NCBI RefSeq assembly: GCF_001194135.2
Contig: NC_068983.1
Location: 85,845,653-85,909,652 of the forward strand
Reading direction: 5' to 3'
Length of the DNA: 64,000 nucleotides
Source: Octopus bimaculoides
Lineage: Eukaryota
The position numbers were made by a program, and so were the translations under genes. Of the stretch, positions 41,140 to 54,455 are shown one piece after another. The notes under the pieces were generated by a model. It was not told where the DNA came from. It saw nothing but the letters and a program-made list of their open reading frames with translations, and made no database searches. Numbering within the stretch: the stretch's first letter is position 1; each line of letters starts with the position of its first letter.

Positions 41140-41142
<3 letters not shown>
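40628..41142. repeat. Nested inverted-repeat element, possible Penelope pLTR remnant
   Basis: Outer arms about 40628-40712 and 41060-41142. Inner arms 40759-40783 and 40933-40957. Confidence 0.6.
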
Positions 41143-41181
<39 letters not shown>

Positions 41182-42787
41182 GGAGAATTCACAAAAAAAA
41201 CAAAAGACGAAGACAGGTGGTGTATTCAACAAACAGATGTATTAGTTTAATGCTCAGGAAGTGAAAAGGTCTTTAACGTTTTGAGCCTATGCTCTTCCAC
41301 AGAAAGGAACACAGAAAAAAAACAAGGAGAGAAAATAAAGAATGTGTAGTGGCTATCGATCTATCATGGCGAATGCCGGACAGAGGGGAAATAATAAAGT
41401 AGTGGTGATCCCAAAACGAAGGTGCGTGTGCGTGTGTATAAGAGAGTTTGTATGTGCATGTGTAGGTGTGTGGATGAAGGTGTAGGGCTAGGAAGTGGTC
41501 AGTGCCAGTGTGTGCGTGGTGGTGTGATGTGATGTAGTGTTGTGTGGTATGGTTGTGTATGGTGTGGTGATGTTGGGATGTGGGGGAGGCAAGAGTGGGG
41601 AAAGCAAGGATGTGGTGTAAGTTAGGCTGAGGGTGGGGGTAGAGGTGGGGTATGTGAAGCAAAACCCCACTTGCCCTAACCAAAAGAAACCAGTGACTAC
41701 AACAACAAGTACAAAGATGAAAGTAAGGACCAAGCACCATTGCCTTTCTACAGTGGAGTTACCACTTGTTGGTGAGTGGAAAATGATGGGAGCTCAACTC
41801 ACAAAAGCCTGTTCAGTTTCTTTGTAATGAACTTTTGCTGACAGTTTGAATGCCAAGAGTAGGAAAGAGTGCTTAGAAAAATTGTTCATCTGAGTGTGTG
41901 ATTTTTGAAATTGCAGTTTATGTTCACTCTCATTTCTATCGCCCAGTCAGTCATATTGTTTCCAATCAAAATACCTCACCAACAACCATGTAGCTCTCAC
42001 TCTATCACCTTCTTACTCCTATTATTCCAATTCTCTCTTAATGATCATTGTTATCAACTCCTCACTATGGCCCACTTTCCACCCATTAGTGCAAAGAAAA
42101 AAAGGAAAAACAAACTGAGACAATACAAGGAAGGAGGCACTCTCTAGTGCCAGTGCTACAATAAAATACGTTTAGTACACCCTGTAAAGTAGTTGATGAT
42201 AGGAAAAGCATCTAACCATAGAAGCCAGAAATTATTACATATGAGTGAGACAGTTCATCAAAAAGGGCAGTACCTCTAATTCTGAATATGAAGTGACTTG
42301 GACTGTAAAGACTTGTCCAACCCACGCCAGCATGGAAAAACAGATATAAAATGAGGATGAGGAGAAGTAACATGTTAAAGGAGATTTGTCTCGTTAGAAG
42401 CTACTTTATTAACAACGTGCACTTATTGCCACACAACTAATTAATGCAATGTGGGGGATCTTAACATTATCTCCCCATATATCAGTCAGTTATTACACCT
42501 GTGTGATAAGAGAGCTTCAGTAAAACTGACTGGAATACACAAAAACAGCTGTAGCAGGCACCTATAACATAATTAGCTGTTTGTCTATTCTTCTCCTCTG
42601 ACGTGCATCAACAGATATGGCACTTTCATTACATCTAAATTTTATGGAAATATTGACAAATAATTTATTTAACTGAGATATGATACTGTCATTATGTATA
42701 TACTTTGTGAAAACACTAATAGGTCAAGGTGTTGGTTTAATGTGGAGTTGAAATTTCCATAAGTTTAACTGTCCATGTATAAATTGT

Positions 42788-42838
<51 letters not shown>

Positions 42839-44384
42839 AATAAACATGTATAAGGTTAGCATGCTGGGCAAAATGCTTAGCAGCAGTTCATCCATCCTTT
42901 TGTTCTGAGTTCATATTCCACTGAGGTGACTTTGCATTTCGTCCTTCCAGGGACAATGAAATAAGCACCTGCTAAACACTGGGGTTGATGTAATTGACTA
43001 GACCCATCCCTGAAATTTTCAGGTCTTGTGCCAATAGTAGAAAGGAAGCACATGCACACAGACAGAGATGTGGTTTACTTCCCAAACATATTGTGCAAGG
43101 TCCAGTCACACTGCACAGCATCTTGAGTAAGTGTCTTGTATTATAGCCCTGGGCTGATCAAAGCTTTGTGAGTGAATTCAGCAGACAGAAACTGAAAGAA
43201 GCCTGTCACATATACATAAGTACAANNNNNNNNNNNNNNNNNNNNNNNNNNNNNNNNNNNNNNNNNNNNNNNNNNNNNNNNNNNNNNNNNNNNNNNNNNN
43301 NNNNNNNNNNNNNNNNNNNNNNNNNNNNNNNNNNNNGTTTGTTTCTAGTCTTCTGTGAAAAACCTGCCTGGCCATGGGGAATATTACCTTGCTTGGAAAC
43401 AGGTGAGGCCTGGCGACAAGAAGAACATCTCATCATCAATCATCATCATTTAATGTCCGACTTCCATGCTGGCATGGGTTGGATGGTTTGATAGGAACTG
43501 GCCAGGTAGAAGATGATCCCAGGTTACTCTGTCTGTTTTAGCATGGTCTTTACAGCTGGATGTCCTTCCTAACTAACCATCCAGTAGAGTGGACAGTGCT
43601 GTTTATGTGGGATCAGCACAGGTGAGGTCAATTTTAGCATGGTTTTTACAGCTAGATGCCCTTCTAAACGCCAACCACTTTACAGTGTGGACCAAATGCT
43701 TTTTATGTGGCACCAGCAGGGTCACAAAGTAACTTGCAAGACAAGGAACTTTGAGAGGGGAGAGGGCATTGGAGGAGGTGATCTTGTGTCGTTTGATAGA
43801 AGGTTAGAATGTGACAGAGACAGAGAGGCAAAACAGGTGTCTTGCTATGTAGTAAATCACAAATCATACCCGAGTCATGCAAGCATAGAAAAGTGGATGT
43901 TAAAATGATGATGAAAGTTGTATGTATATCATTCATAAAAAAATAAAGAATATGAATGAATTTTATTTGATTAATCTTTTTCAGTACAGTTTGCTGCAAG
44001 TATCCACCAGTTACTAAAGATTTAACGATCTTTTTGGGACAACGAAGGTGGGGAAAAAAAAAAGAAAAGAAAAAAACCCTTCCCCCCAACTCAACACACT
44101 TTTCCCAATCCTTCACAATGAAACTGCAGACTGCTGGCCAAGTCAACGTGATTTTTATTTAGATTGTTTTCTTCAGATCATCTAGAACTCTGCAATTACA
44201 ACTTAAAAATTCACTTTCTAACACCTTTCACCCCACATACAAATCACAGCTGTTTCTAAGAAGTATGTTAAAAAGATTGTAACATGAAGGAAATAATGCA
44301 TTCCATTTAAATTCTTTTTCAAAATTTTTTCACTTAAATTTGTAAAAATGTAAAGAACAAATGATCAAAATATCATCTACTCAC

Positions 44385-44501
44385 ATGAAATGGTAAATTG
44401 AGACGCTTTTTCACATCTAAACGATATGCTCGGAATTCATCTTCATCATGGATATTCACAGATTTCAGCCTAAGGATTTCATAACATCTTCTTGCTTGTC
44501 G
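44385..44501 (-). CDS. HAT1: HAT1 penultimate coding exon (117 bp, 39 aa): RQARRCYEILRLKSVNIHDEDEFRAYRLDVKKRLNLPFH
   Basis: Matches recalled human HAT1 QHARRVYEILRLLVTDMSDAEQYRSYRLDIKRRLISPYK without gaps. Acceptor is tttttgaacag| and donor is CAT|GTGAGT. Phase 0 at both ends. Confidence 0.95.
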
Positions 44502-44597
44502 CTGTTCAAAAATGAGTGTGAAAAAATATATATGTATACAATCTGACTGATGTGAACAGGAGATGTTAAAACAATGATGATGATATATATATATATA

Positions 44598-46567
44598 TTG
44601 GGCCATCTCATAAATAATGCGGTTCTTTTACATTTATTTTTCAAAATTAAGATAAACAATCTTCATTTTTAATCTAAAATATACTGTAAAAACCCGTGTA
44701 ATTTGCACGGGGGATTTTCAAGAAAAAAATTGTTAAAAAGGCTTTTACTCTTGTAAAATTTGCACCCAAAAGTTTTCAGAATTGCCAATATGGCCAGGGG
44801 GAGGTTTTCAATTTAGTTGTATTTAGCATAATTTCACTTATTAGATTTTATTAAATTTTCATTAAATAAGAATTTCTGTTTAACAGATATCACATTGAAA
44901 GCTATTAAATTACAAAGTGTTCGTGTTTATAATAAACTTTATTTTACATTTCTTGCCCACAAGAGATTATGTCCAATCTTTAGCATACTTCTATATGTCT
45001 TCTCAAATCAAGATCACAGGAAAAGTTGTTGATAATTCTTATCAACAAAAACAAAGCCGATAAATACGCACAAGTGTTGCAGAATAAGTTTCATTACCAA
45101 TAAACATCAGCTTGGATGACACTTTACTCAACCGACAGAGGAAAGTAACCAATCAAACTGATTATATAATCAGAATTCTGTTTGGTTGAAAGTGTCTTCT
45201 TGTCTCAAGCACTGATATTCCGCCTATTCTTGTCGGAACCTTTGATACAGAGTCAAGCAAATTTAAAAATTGTCATTACCATTTTAGCCAGGAGACCAAA
45301 CTGATAGTTTGGTAAATTGGTAAAATAAACATGAAAAATTGAAAGGAGAAAATAAACAGCTTTGCAAGTTTAATTCAGTGTTTATTGAACAAGAGAAGTG
45401 AGAAATTTAAGAAGCGACTTGTTAGAATATACACGTCTGTGAGGAGACATAAACAAGAATAGCAAAAACCTACTATACCAAAAGAACTGGTAATACTTAC
45501 ATTACAAGTGTTCTATGAAGAGAACATAAGATTGTTACATAATTCAACATGAATGTGAAACGACATTAAACATTGTATAAGGTAAATGTAAAGAACGCTT
45601 AGTGAGTTTTCACGCACAAGGATGAATTATAATGTCGTTGGTGTTAGATGCAGTAAAATATGGCCTGGACTGTGATTACAGCATGAAAGTCAAACTTCAA
45701 AGAGTAGTTAACCATCTAATGGTTTTAGTAAATTTATACAGAAAAAGTAAGCATTATACCGTCCAGCCTAAATAAAAGTTAACTTCCAGTACGAATGTTT
45801 ACATTTGTAGATCATTTTTCAACAGCAAAAAAAATCCTAGAAACTATCTACTCGCGTAATTTACACACCCACTAAAGTTTATTTTTTTGTGAAAAAAAGT
45901 GCGTAAATTACATGGGTTTTTACGGTACTCTCCTTCATTTTCTACAATACTCTTCCATCTATCTTCGTTTCTCGCTCAAACTACTCCAGTCTTTGGAATG
46001 CCATCCTCGCTGTGTGGCTGCACATTATCTTGATGGAAGAACACCTTTCGTCTTGAAACCAAAGACGGTTGTTTTTCTTCTATTGGTGACTTGAATGACT
46101 GGTTGAATGACTAAATCCAAGCTTTTCTGCTATTTTGTCAAGTTACGATGGGATTTGCAGGATGCCTTTGTCGAGATCTACAGATCTTCAAGGACGAGGC
46201 TTGACTTCTAGGCTGGAGTTTCCGGCTCGGAATTTCTGGAACCACCGTTGATACTGGCTTATGCTTATTGTCTGATTCCCATATACTGCATTAATATTCT
46301 TCCCACTTTCTGTTGCGCTGTTGCCTTTATTGAACTCATAAAGCAAAATATACCGAATATGCTCCTCTGTCACTTCCAATACAGCTTTGAAAAAATAACT
46401 GTCAAAATCAAACTGCACTCTTCAAAACTTGCACTAAGAAAAAGTAGAAGTTAAAATTACTACCTGCTTTTATAGCAAGTTGATGCAGGTAGTTTATCCC
46501 GTCCCTTTCCAACTTCTAGTTCATGCAATTGAAAAAGCTGCATTATTTATGGGAAATGGTTAGTTAA
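44598..46567 (-). mobile_element. Internally deleted mariner element, interrupted by a MITE
   Basis: N-terminal HTH EVTEEHIRYILLYEFNKGNSATES..QRWFQKFRAGNSSLE, then VFFHQDNVQPH, then C-terminus RWKSIVENEGEY|ILD*. TIR core cataaataatgc at both ends. Confidence 0.85.
44684..45925. mobile_element. 1242-bp non-autonomous pogo/Tc2-type element inside the mariner
   Basis: TIRs C(T/C)GTAAAAACCC(G/A)TGTAATTT. TA duplication at 44682-44683 and 45926-45927. Confidence 0.85.
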
Positions 46568-48681
46568 TAACATCAATCCTACTATTTAAATGGTATTTTA
46601 TTTTACTGACCCTGGTGGGATGAAAAGTAAAATTAATCTTGGTGGAATTTGCACACAGAATGTAGCAAGATAGCAATTTTGATGGCTGGGGAATATATCA
46701 TACCATCAACTCCAGTACTTGACTGGTACTTATTAACCTGAGGAAGATGAAAGGTGAAGTTGACCTAGGTAGGATTTGAACTCAAAATGTGAAGAACCAG
46801 AAGAAAAAAAAAACACTGCAAAACAGCACTTTTCCTGCTAATTTAATGATTGTCAGCTCATTGGAGGAGCTGATTGTTTACAACTGATTCTGTCAGTTTT
46901 GCTAGGTTGACAAGTTGATAGTTGGCAGGGTCAGAGAAACCATTTTTCTTGGGAATGGGGCACACTGTCACATATTTCTATAGATTGGGATAGATCACAG
47001 TAGAAAGAGAAATACTGAAAGAGCTTGCTGAAGGAAGGAGATAGAGTTAGTGTGTAATGCTAAGGGTTCATTATGTTGGGTTGCAATAACTGGAGATATT
47101 TTTGCATATGGTGACTGAAGGTAAAATAGATAGGGATGAAGAGGGGAAGTATAAGAGGAGCTTTTGTAGCATGGATGTAGAAGCCAAAATCAGCAGCAAA
47201 TGATATAGAGTTATCTGCAGAAGTGCTATTAATGAAGCAATTTTGGTTTAACTCTTTAGCATTCAGATTACTCTGTCAAATGTAATGCTTATTTATTCAC
47301 ATTGTTTTGAATTAATTATGCATTATCTCATAGCTTTGAGATTTTGATGATGTGATTGTTTATTTAAAAAATAACATTGTCAGGAAGGTGTGAGAAACTG
47401 GATCTGGCCAGTTTGAACATAAAATAGATGGAATAATTGGGCTGGATGTGGTTGGTTTTAATGCTAAAGGATTAAATATCTCTTGTAGAACCATTATTGA
47501 TTCAGGAATGACCAATAAGATCATCTACACACAGGGAATTTTCAAGAGCTCAAGTCCAAGCCTAGTTTTCTCTGAACTGGCTCTCAAAATTGGAGTAGCA
47601 GTAGGGGACCCAACTTAAAAGAGAGGTTTTGTATCAACTGACTAAAATAAGAATTTTCTTATAAAACTGGATGTTAATCTGGACCTAAATATGACTAAGT
47701 ATTAATGGGTGTATATGTACATAATAACAGGAGGATCACAAATGAACATAAGATGAAATTAAATATATATTGACACAGCAACATAGATACCAACAATGTA
47801 ATCTGCACATATTAATGTACCAACATATATACATTACCAGAGGAAAAAGACAGGCTGGTGACAACTGGAATGCTTTTGATTAATACTGATCACGAGATAT
47901 ACAACAATGACAACAATAAAGCAACAAATGCACAACCACTCGAATTTGAGACTGTTGTGATGATAGTTGCTTAACTCTTTAGCACCTAAATCAGTCATAT
48001 CTGACCCAAATATTCTACCCATTTTATGCTCAAACTGGCCAGATCTGGCATCTCACACCTACCCTAGAATGTCATTCTATAAACAAAAAATAAATAAGAT
48101 ATCACATCATCAAAATCTTGAAGCTATGAAATAATGCATGATTAATTCAACACAATGTGAATAAATAAGCATTACATTTGACAGAATAATCTGAACACTA
48201 AAGTGTCAACTGTAGATCAGCTCCTTATAATCAAAAGCAATCTAATCATGACAAAACTGTCCTTTTTAGCCCATGTGCGAGGAACCCATAACCACATTAC
48301 TCAATGTGTCTTTTTTACTAAAATGGTAGGGAGTGATTTGAAGAAGATTTTGCTGCTATTTCTATTGGGTCAAGTGACACACAGAGGCTTTCTCCTTGGC
48401 TTGTGTGGTCCTCATTGATAGCTAAAGCAAGCAATGAATTATGTTAGTTTATTATGAAGATAGGAAACCTAATAATTGGGGCAGAGACCTTCAGTTCTCT
48501 GATGAAAAGTTGAGCACAGAACATATCAACAGAAAAAGACAGCACATATATCAACACACAGCAACATATACATGTACTGACACACTCACATGAACGAATA
48601 TAATCGACATACACACCATTTGTACCAAACTGAAAGCTTATGTCATCAACACAACAGTAAAGCTATTAAATTGGTACTTAC

Positions 48682-48833
48682 CTTACTCAGTTTCAGCTTT
48701 GTGCGAGCTTCTGTTGACATCTTCTCACAGAATCCACTAGACAGGTTCTCACGTTTGTAAGATGATAATTTCATACAGTTTCGAACATCAACAAAGTCTC
48801 GTAATCGTTGAAAGTTCTCAGATGGGTCTTCAA
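48682..48833 (-). CDS. HAT1: HAT1 internal coding exon (152 bp): (V)EDPSENFQRLRDFVDVRNCMKLSSYKRENLSSGFCEKMSTEARTKLKLSK
   Basis: Manual translation aligns with recalled human HAT1 AEDPSKSYVKLRDFVLVKLCQDLPCFSREKLMQGFNEDMAIEAQQKFKINK. Acceptor is ...aacctag| and donor is AAG|GTAAGT. Starts in phase 1 and ends in phase 0. Confidence 0.93.
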
Positions 48834-48998
48834 CTAGGTTAATATAATAATAAGGTTAACATATTAACACTCGCACAAAAATTGATATATAAATTACAAA
48901 TTTATGAATAAGATTTTTAGATTTTAAATACATAATATATCAATACTTCACATGTAGAGAGAGAGAGAGAGGGAGAGAGAGGGAGAGAGAGGGGGAGA

Positions 48999-49073
<75 letters not shown>

Positions 49074-52000
49074 GTGGGCCTACAGTTTACATATAAGCAA
49101 CCAGAAGCATTGGAGATTTCTTATTCTTAACCAACCAAGGTCAACCCTGATCAATTAGATCTATGATCACAGGCATTTCAACCATAACCAACACATCATT
49201 CTTTTAAATTGGTCCCCTTGTTTTTCTTTTAAAATGAGAGGTGGGTAATATGGAGAAATTGTAACTGCTATTTGAAGCGGATTGAGCAGCCTCATAAAAA
49301 CTTCCCTATGCATACACAACTCTACTGAAAGCTGAGTGTAAACTTCAATTAGCACATAAGATGGAAAGTAGATTAATGTGAAATGGAAGCATTATACTTT
49401 TGAAAGCAAAGCATTTCATTTCTTATGCCATTAGAGATGAACTTAATTCTATTGTCCCATGTGGTTTCTAAACACTTTAATTTAAAAGTTGACACAGATT
49501 ACACTATAATAGATGTGACATTCTTGATGTTATCAACACATTTGAAATTCTTCATGACAACTTTGTACTCTTCTAGATTCCCAATAATCCATTTGCTCAA
49601 AGACTAGACTAACAACATCTTTGACAAGTTGTTATTCTACAGCTTAGATTATAAAGCTGACCAGATGATAGTGACGTATGCTGTAAACTAAAAACTTAGC
49701 TGAAGTCACAATGTACTTTCAATCATTAATCAAAAGGCATGAATGATGGTGTAGTTACAGCCACATGGATTCACAATCCAATGATACTGGTTTCAAATCC
49801 ATTGCATGACAAGTGGCCTTCTACTACAGGATTGGGTCAACCCAAGAGTTGTAGCTGAAATTTGGTAAATGGTAAAATGTACAGAAATCTTGTGGATGTG
49901 CATATATCACCATCATCATCTTCATCACCACCATCACCCTCATTTTATGTCCGCTTTCCATAATGGTATGGGTTAGACAAGTTGCCATACTTGGAGTCAG
50001 AACATATTTGGAGGTACAGCCTCTATAAACAGGTTGAAAGACTGTATCTCACTCTTGGTATCTATGGTTCACTCTACAGAGAGTATTATATGCATGTATG
50101 AACACACATATCAGCAGAAGCTAGCAGTATTAGTATATAAAAAAATCCCCTAAAACCCAATGTGGTAGTGGCTCTGTCCTGATTATATATATTTAACCCC
50201 TGTAGACTTTGCTCTTCATCTGTATGAGCTTACTAAAATAAGTATTTAAGTACTAGGATTGACATATATCATTATTATCGTTTAATGTCCACCTTCCATG
50301 CTGGCTTGAGTTGGACAGTTTAACAGGAGCAGGCCAGGCAGGAGCTTGCACCAGACTTCTGTGTCTGTTTTGGCAGCGCTTTTACAGCTGGATGTCCTTC
50401 CTAACACCAACCACCCAGCAGAGTGGACAAAATAATCAATTAAAAACCCCTTTAAGGCAGTGTCCCACTATGGCCACAATCCAATGATTAAAATCAGTAA
50501 AAGAAAAGAATTACAAATTCCTATTTCTTCCACTTGCCAAAATACAGTCTCTGTTAAAAACCAAACTAATATCTTGTAACAAAAAGCTTCAAAACTGGTG
50601 GAAACAATGAAGCAGTGGACTTTATGTCATGCAGTTGTTAGCTCCAGGCTAACTCAGACTGAGCAGATGATGATCAAAACCATTCCAGCTGTGACCAGCC
50701 ATCCTGTCTTTCTAGGAAAATGTTGAATTATCTTGTTCAGTGTTTAAATTTCCCATTTCACTACAGAAAAATTATCATCATGATTTGAGGAATATTTTGC
50801 TGCTGTTATTAGTAAGTAGCAGACTGCATTTCATATATATTGGAAGGCATTTCCTACAAGCATGAGTGACTCTGTAGAAACCCACTTGTTTTGCTTGACA
50901 AGGGTTTGTATCTCTATTGCCTTCCCTATGTACTTGATTCTTTGTGTGTGTGTGTGTGTGTGTGTGCATGAGGGAGAGAGAGAGAGAGAGAGAAGAGTAG
51001 CCAAGCCTTTGACTTTCGCATGTCTCATCTCCTCCGAGACTAGGGAGACTGATGTGGTTGACACTCAGCCTGAACACCTGCAGGTAAAATGTGGGCAAAA
51101 AAGAGGAACCAAAGGACCACTAACTAATAATTGCAACATAGTTACTGAACTAAAAAGGCATCCAGGGACCAGATGGTGGCAGTGGTAGCATTCAAATGGA
51201 TAGCATGTCAGGCATACAAGAAAACGCAAAGTCATGATAGGATGGAGCAAATTAGCTTTATGCTTGCAGCAAAGAAATAGGATTGTTCCAATGTCAATGA
51301 TGAAGAATATTAGCAAATGCACTTTTTAACAAAGCTGATACTAAGATCTCATCATTCAATGTGTCAAACCAATACATCTAATTTAGTGTTCCAGTGTCGT
51401 AACAACACTGCTCCACCCCTAACCAACACAAGCAAAATAACAGGCTGGTCAGTGGCCTGTTGGCTTGTTTCCTTTTTAATATATTTTTAAACACACGTCA
51501 AGAAATTAATAGGTGCATATCGAAGGTGTTGTCGGTTCAATATGGGATAGTATTTCAGGTAGCCAACCTCTGTGCCATCAGTCACATCAAGCAGAAGCTG
51601 ATCAACAATGAATGACAAAATGTTCCCACAAAAAGAATACTAATCCAAATACACTATTGAATTGGCTGCTTTATGTGACAGGTGTCACGGCAGACCAGGG
51701 TTACTGAACAACAGAACAAAGCCTAGAGACAAAACAAAAACAATGAAGAAGTTAGATATGTATCAAATGTTAAAGATAATGACGGGGGGGGGGGGGGAGA
51801 TCAGATACGCTATCTGCAGAGGAAACAAATAGTTAAGTCTGTATAGCATAGTTAATGTATCTCTTACTCGTTTCAGTCATTAGACTGTGGCCATGCTGAG
51901 GCATTGGCTTCAAGGGTTTAGTAAAATAAAAATTGACCCCAATACTTGTGGTAGGTATGGGGGGAGAGGAAAGTAAACATGAAGCACACACACAGCTGGC

Positions 52001-53349
52001 TTTCATGAAGTTCTGTTTTCACTCCCACTATGCAGCACTTTGGGCAAGTGTCTTCTAATATAGCCTTGGGCTGAAGGAAGCCTTGCGAGCCAATTTGATA
52101 GATAGAACTGAAAAAAGCCTGACATTACATATAAATAAATATAAGGCAAGTCAATAACAAATGACAAATTCAAACACAAAAACAACAGTCCAAGTTATGT
52201 TCACAATGAATATTATTAGTTTGATGCTAGTAGAAAAATGCATTAAAGGGAAGTTAAATATACGTTGTTTTGGACATAAACCCTCAATGGATATGCAGAA
52301 AGTTCAGAGAAAAGGAGAGAAGAACAAAAAAATCAAGAAAAAAGCATGTGTAATTACACATACACACACATTAACAAGCAAAACACATACTCAAGGTATT
52401 TTGCTTATTTGTCAATTTGCTGCGGCATAGCACTTCGGGGATGACTCCCTCATAACATTGGAGATCATCCCCCAAGTGCTATTCCACAGCAAACTGGCAA
52501 AGAAACAAAACACATACACTGAGTATATGCAATCGATAATGTTTACAACATTAGTGCTGCTTTTAATTCATTATTGAATTTAATCTCACATATTCATTGT
52601 CATGGCATACCGACAAAAAATTCTTACACTCATCATCGGTTAATGTCTGCTTTCCATGCTGGCATGGGTTGGATGGTTTAACATGGAGCTGGCCAAACTC
52701 CAACAGTTTTTGTGGCATGGTTTCTACAGCTGCATACTCTTCATGCCAACCACTTAGCAGGGTGTGCTGTGTGCTGTTTTACGTGCCACCAAGTCATAGA
52801 CTTATGATTCGATTCATTCCCAAAATATTAGGAGTCATCACTCCTGAATTTGATCAGACGTGAGTTGTCTACCTTATCTATGACTTTCAGGTCTTTTGAC
52901 ACCCAGTGTTATGAGGGAGTCATCCTCCAAGCACTATGTCACAGTGAACTGGTGAACAAATAAAACATACATTGATTGTGCACAGTTGATACCATTTACA
53001 ACACTAGCAAAGCTTTTAATTTGTTATGGAATACATATAATCATCATCATTGTCATTTAACGTCTGCTTTCCATTCTGGTATGGGTTGGACAGTTTGACT
53101 GAGGACTGGCAAGCCAGGAGGCTGCACTAGGCTTCAGTCTGATCTGGCAAGGTTTCTACAGTTGGATGCCCTTCCTAACGCCAACCACTTCGAGAGTGTA
53201 GTAGATGCTTTTTACATGCCACTGCCATGGGGGCCAGCCAGGCAGCACTGGCATTGGCCATGACTACAATTTCACTTGACTCAACAGGTCTTCAAGCACA
53301 GCATATTGCCCAACGATTGAAGGGTACTTTTAAACAGTCTGGTTATGCC

Positions 53350-54455
53350 TTTGTACCTTTTGGGATCACAGGAAAGGTTTGTCTGAAATCCCCAGCCAAA
53401 ACTACAGTGATACCACCCATGAAAATGTCCTTTCCTCTCAAATCTCTTAGGCTATGGTCAACACCATCAAGTGCTCCATGGTGCAATCATCTCAGACAAT
53501 CAAGCACGTTTGCTGCAAGACCTTGGCCTTTGCTGATGTCTTACAGATGTTGCAAATTGGAGTCTCTGTCCTAACTAAATTCAAAGGAAGCTTGAAAGTA
53601 AAATGAGCTGTTCGACCACTTGTCAAAAGAGTTGCTGCAATTTCAGAAGATGCTACCGCCAATGCAATGCACCCATATAGACAGACTTTTGCTAACAGAA
53701 GATTGATCAAAAACATCTTGCCACTGCCCAAAGGAGTATCTAAAAAGAACAGGCCAACATTTTGCTTTGAGTCATTCGAATGAAGCAATTATAAGCTGTC
53801 CATTGTTCAGTCAAAAGTTTTGGCTCATTGTCTGTCACATACACATTGAGATTGTTGATGTTATAGGATGTCTCCCTTAAAATTTCCTGGTCTCTTATTG
53901 GATCTGGCAAGCCATACTCCTGAAAAGGTTTTCTTCCAAGCTGAAGAACCTTGTATTCAAGAATGAGTAGAGCATCATTCTTGATGTTTTCAGTCAACTG
54001 GATTTCAAGACTTTGATTTTCTTTCTGCAATCTGTGAACAATGTCTGCACAGAAGGATTCCTGGTGCTTCTTCCACAGCTGGCAAGGGCTAGAGATGTTG
54101 CAAACTAGAAACATAATGGCTAAGAGATTTAACAACTGAAATGCATAACCTGAAACAACTGCCTCATCCAGAGTCGCATTCCAGTGACTATCATCTTCAA
54201 GGAGGCCACGGAAATGGCAAGTGCCTGTCTGTAAGAGTCAGACATGGCCATTAAAAGTTTTCAGATCTAGGAAACTCTTTGGACCATGGACTGTGTGCTA
54301 AAGGAGCCTCAAGAAATAACACTCAAAGTTGTTGGGATGCACAGTGTAGACCCTTCCCAATGCTGAATCTCTCTTGATTCTTGGATGCCCTTCAACAGTC
54401 TGACCAATGGCACGTCTCTTCCATTGTTAAGTGGTTTGTTGCCATGTGTAAGGAG
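53350..54455 (-). pseudogene. Helitron RepHel, 3' part (start of the PIF1 helicase), truncated
   Basis: LGRVYTVHPNNFEC, GLLEDDSHWNATLDEA, degenerate Walker A FLDTPLGSGKMF, AVASSEIAATLLTSGRTAHFTFKLPL and GGITVVLAGDFRQTFPVIPKG. Ends at an RTE 3' UTR. Confidence 0.9.

Noticed and set aside
41273-41830. His/Thr-rich ORFs on both strands
   Set aside because: They arise from degenerate GT/GTG low-complexity sequence next to a probable Penelope-like repeat end; no domain recognised.
51490-51645. Protein-looking minus-strand frame YSFCGNILSFIVDQLLLDVTDGTEVGYLKYYPILNRQHLRYAP
   Set aside because: Does not match the expected upstream HAT1 exon (QMLIL..QG.GHG...DIT), has no suitable phase-1 donor, and no family was recognised.
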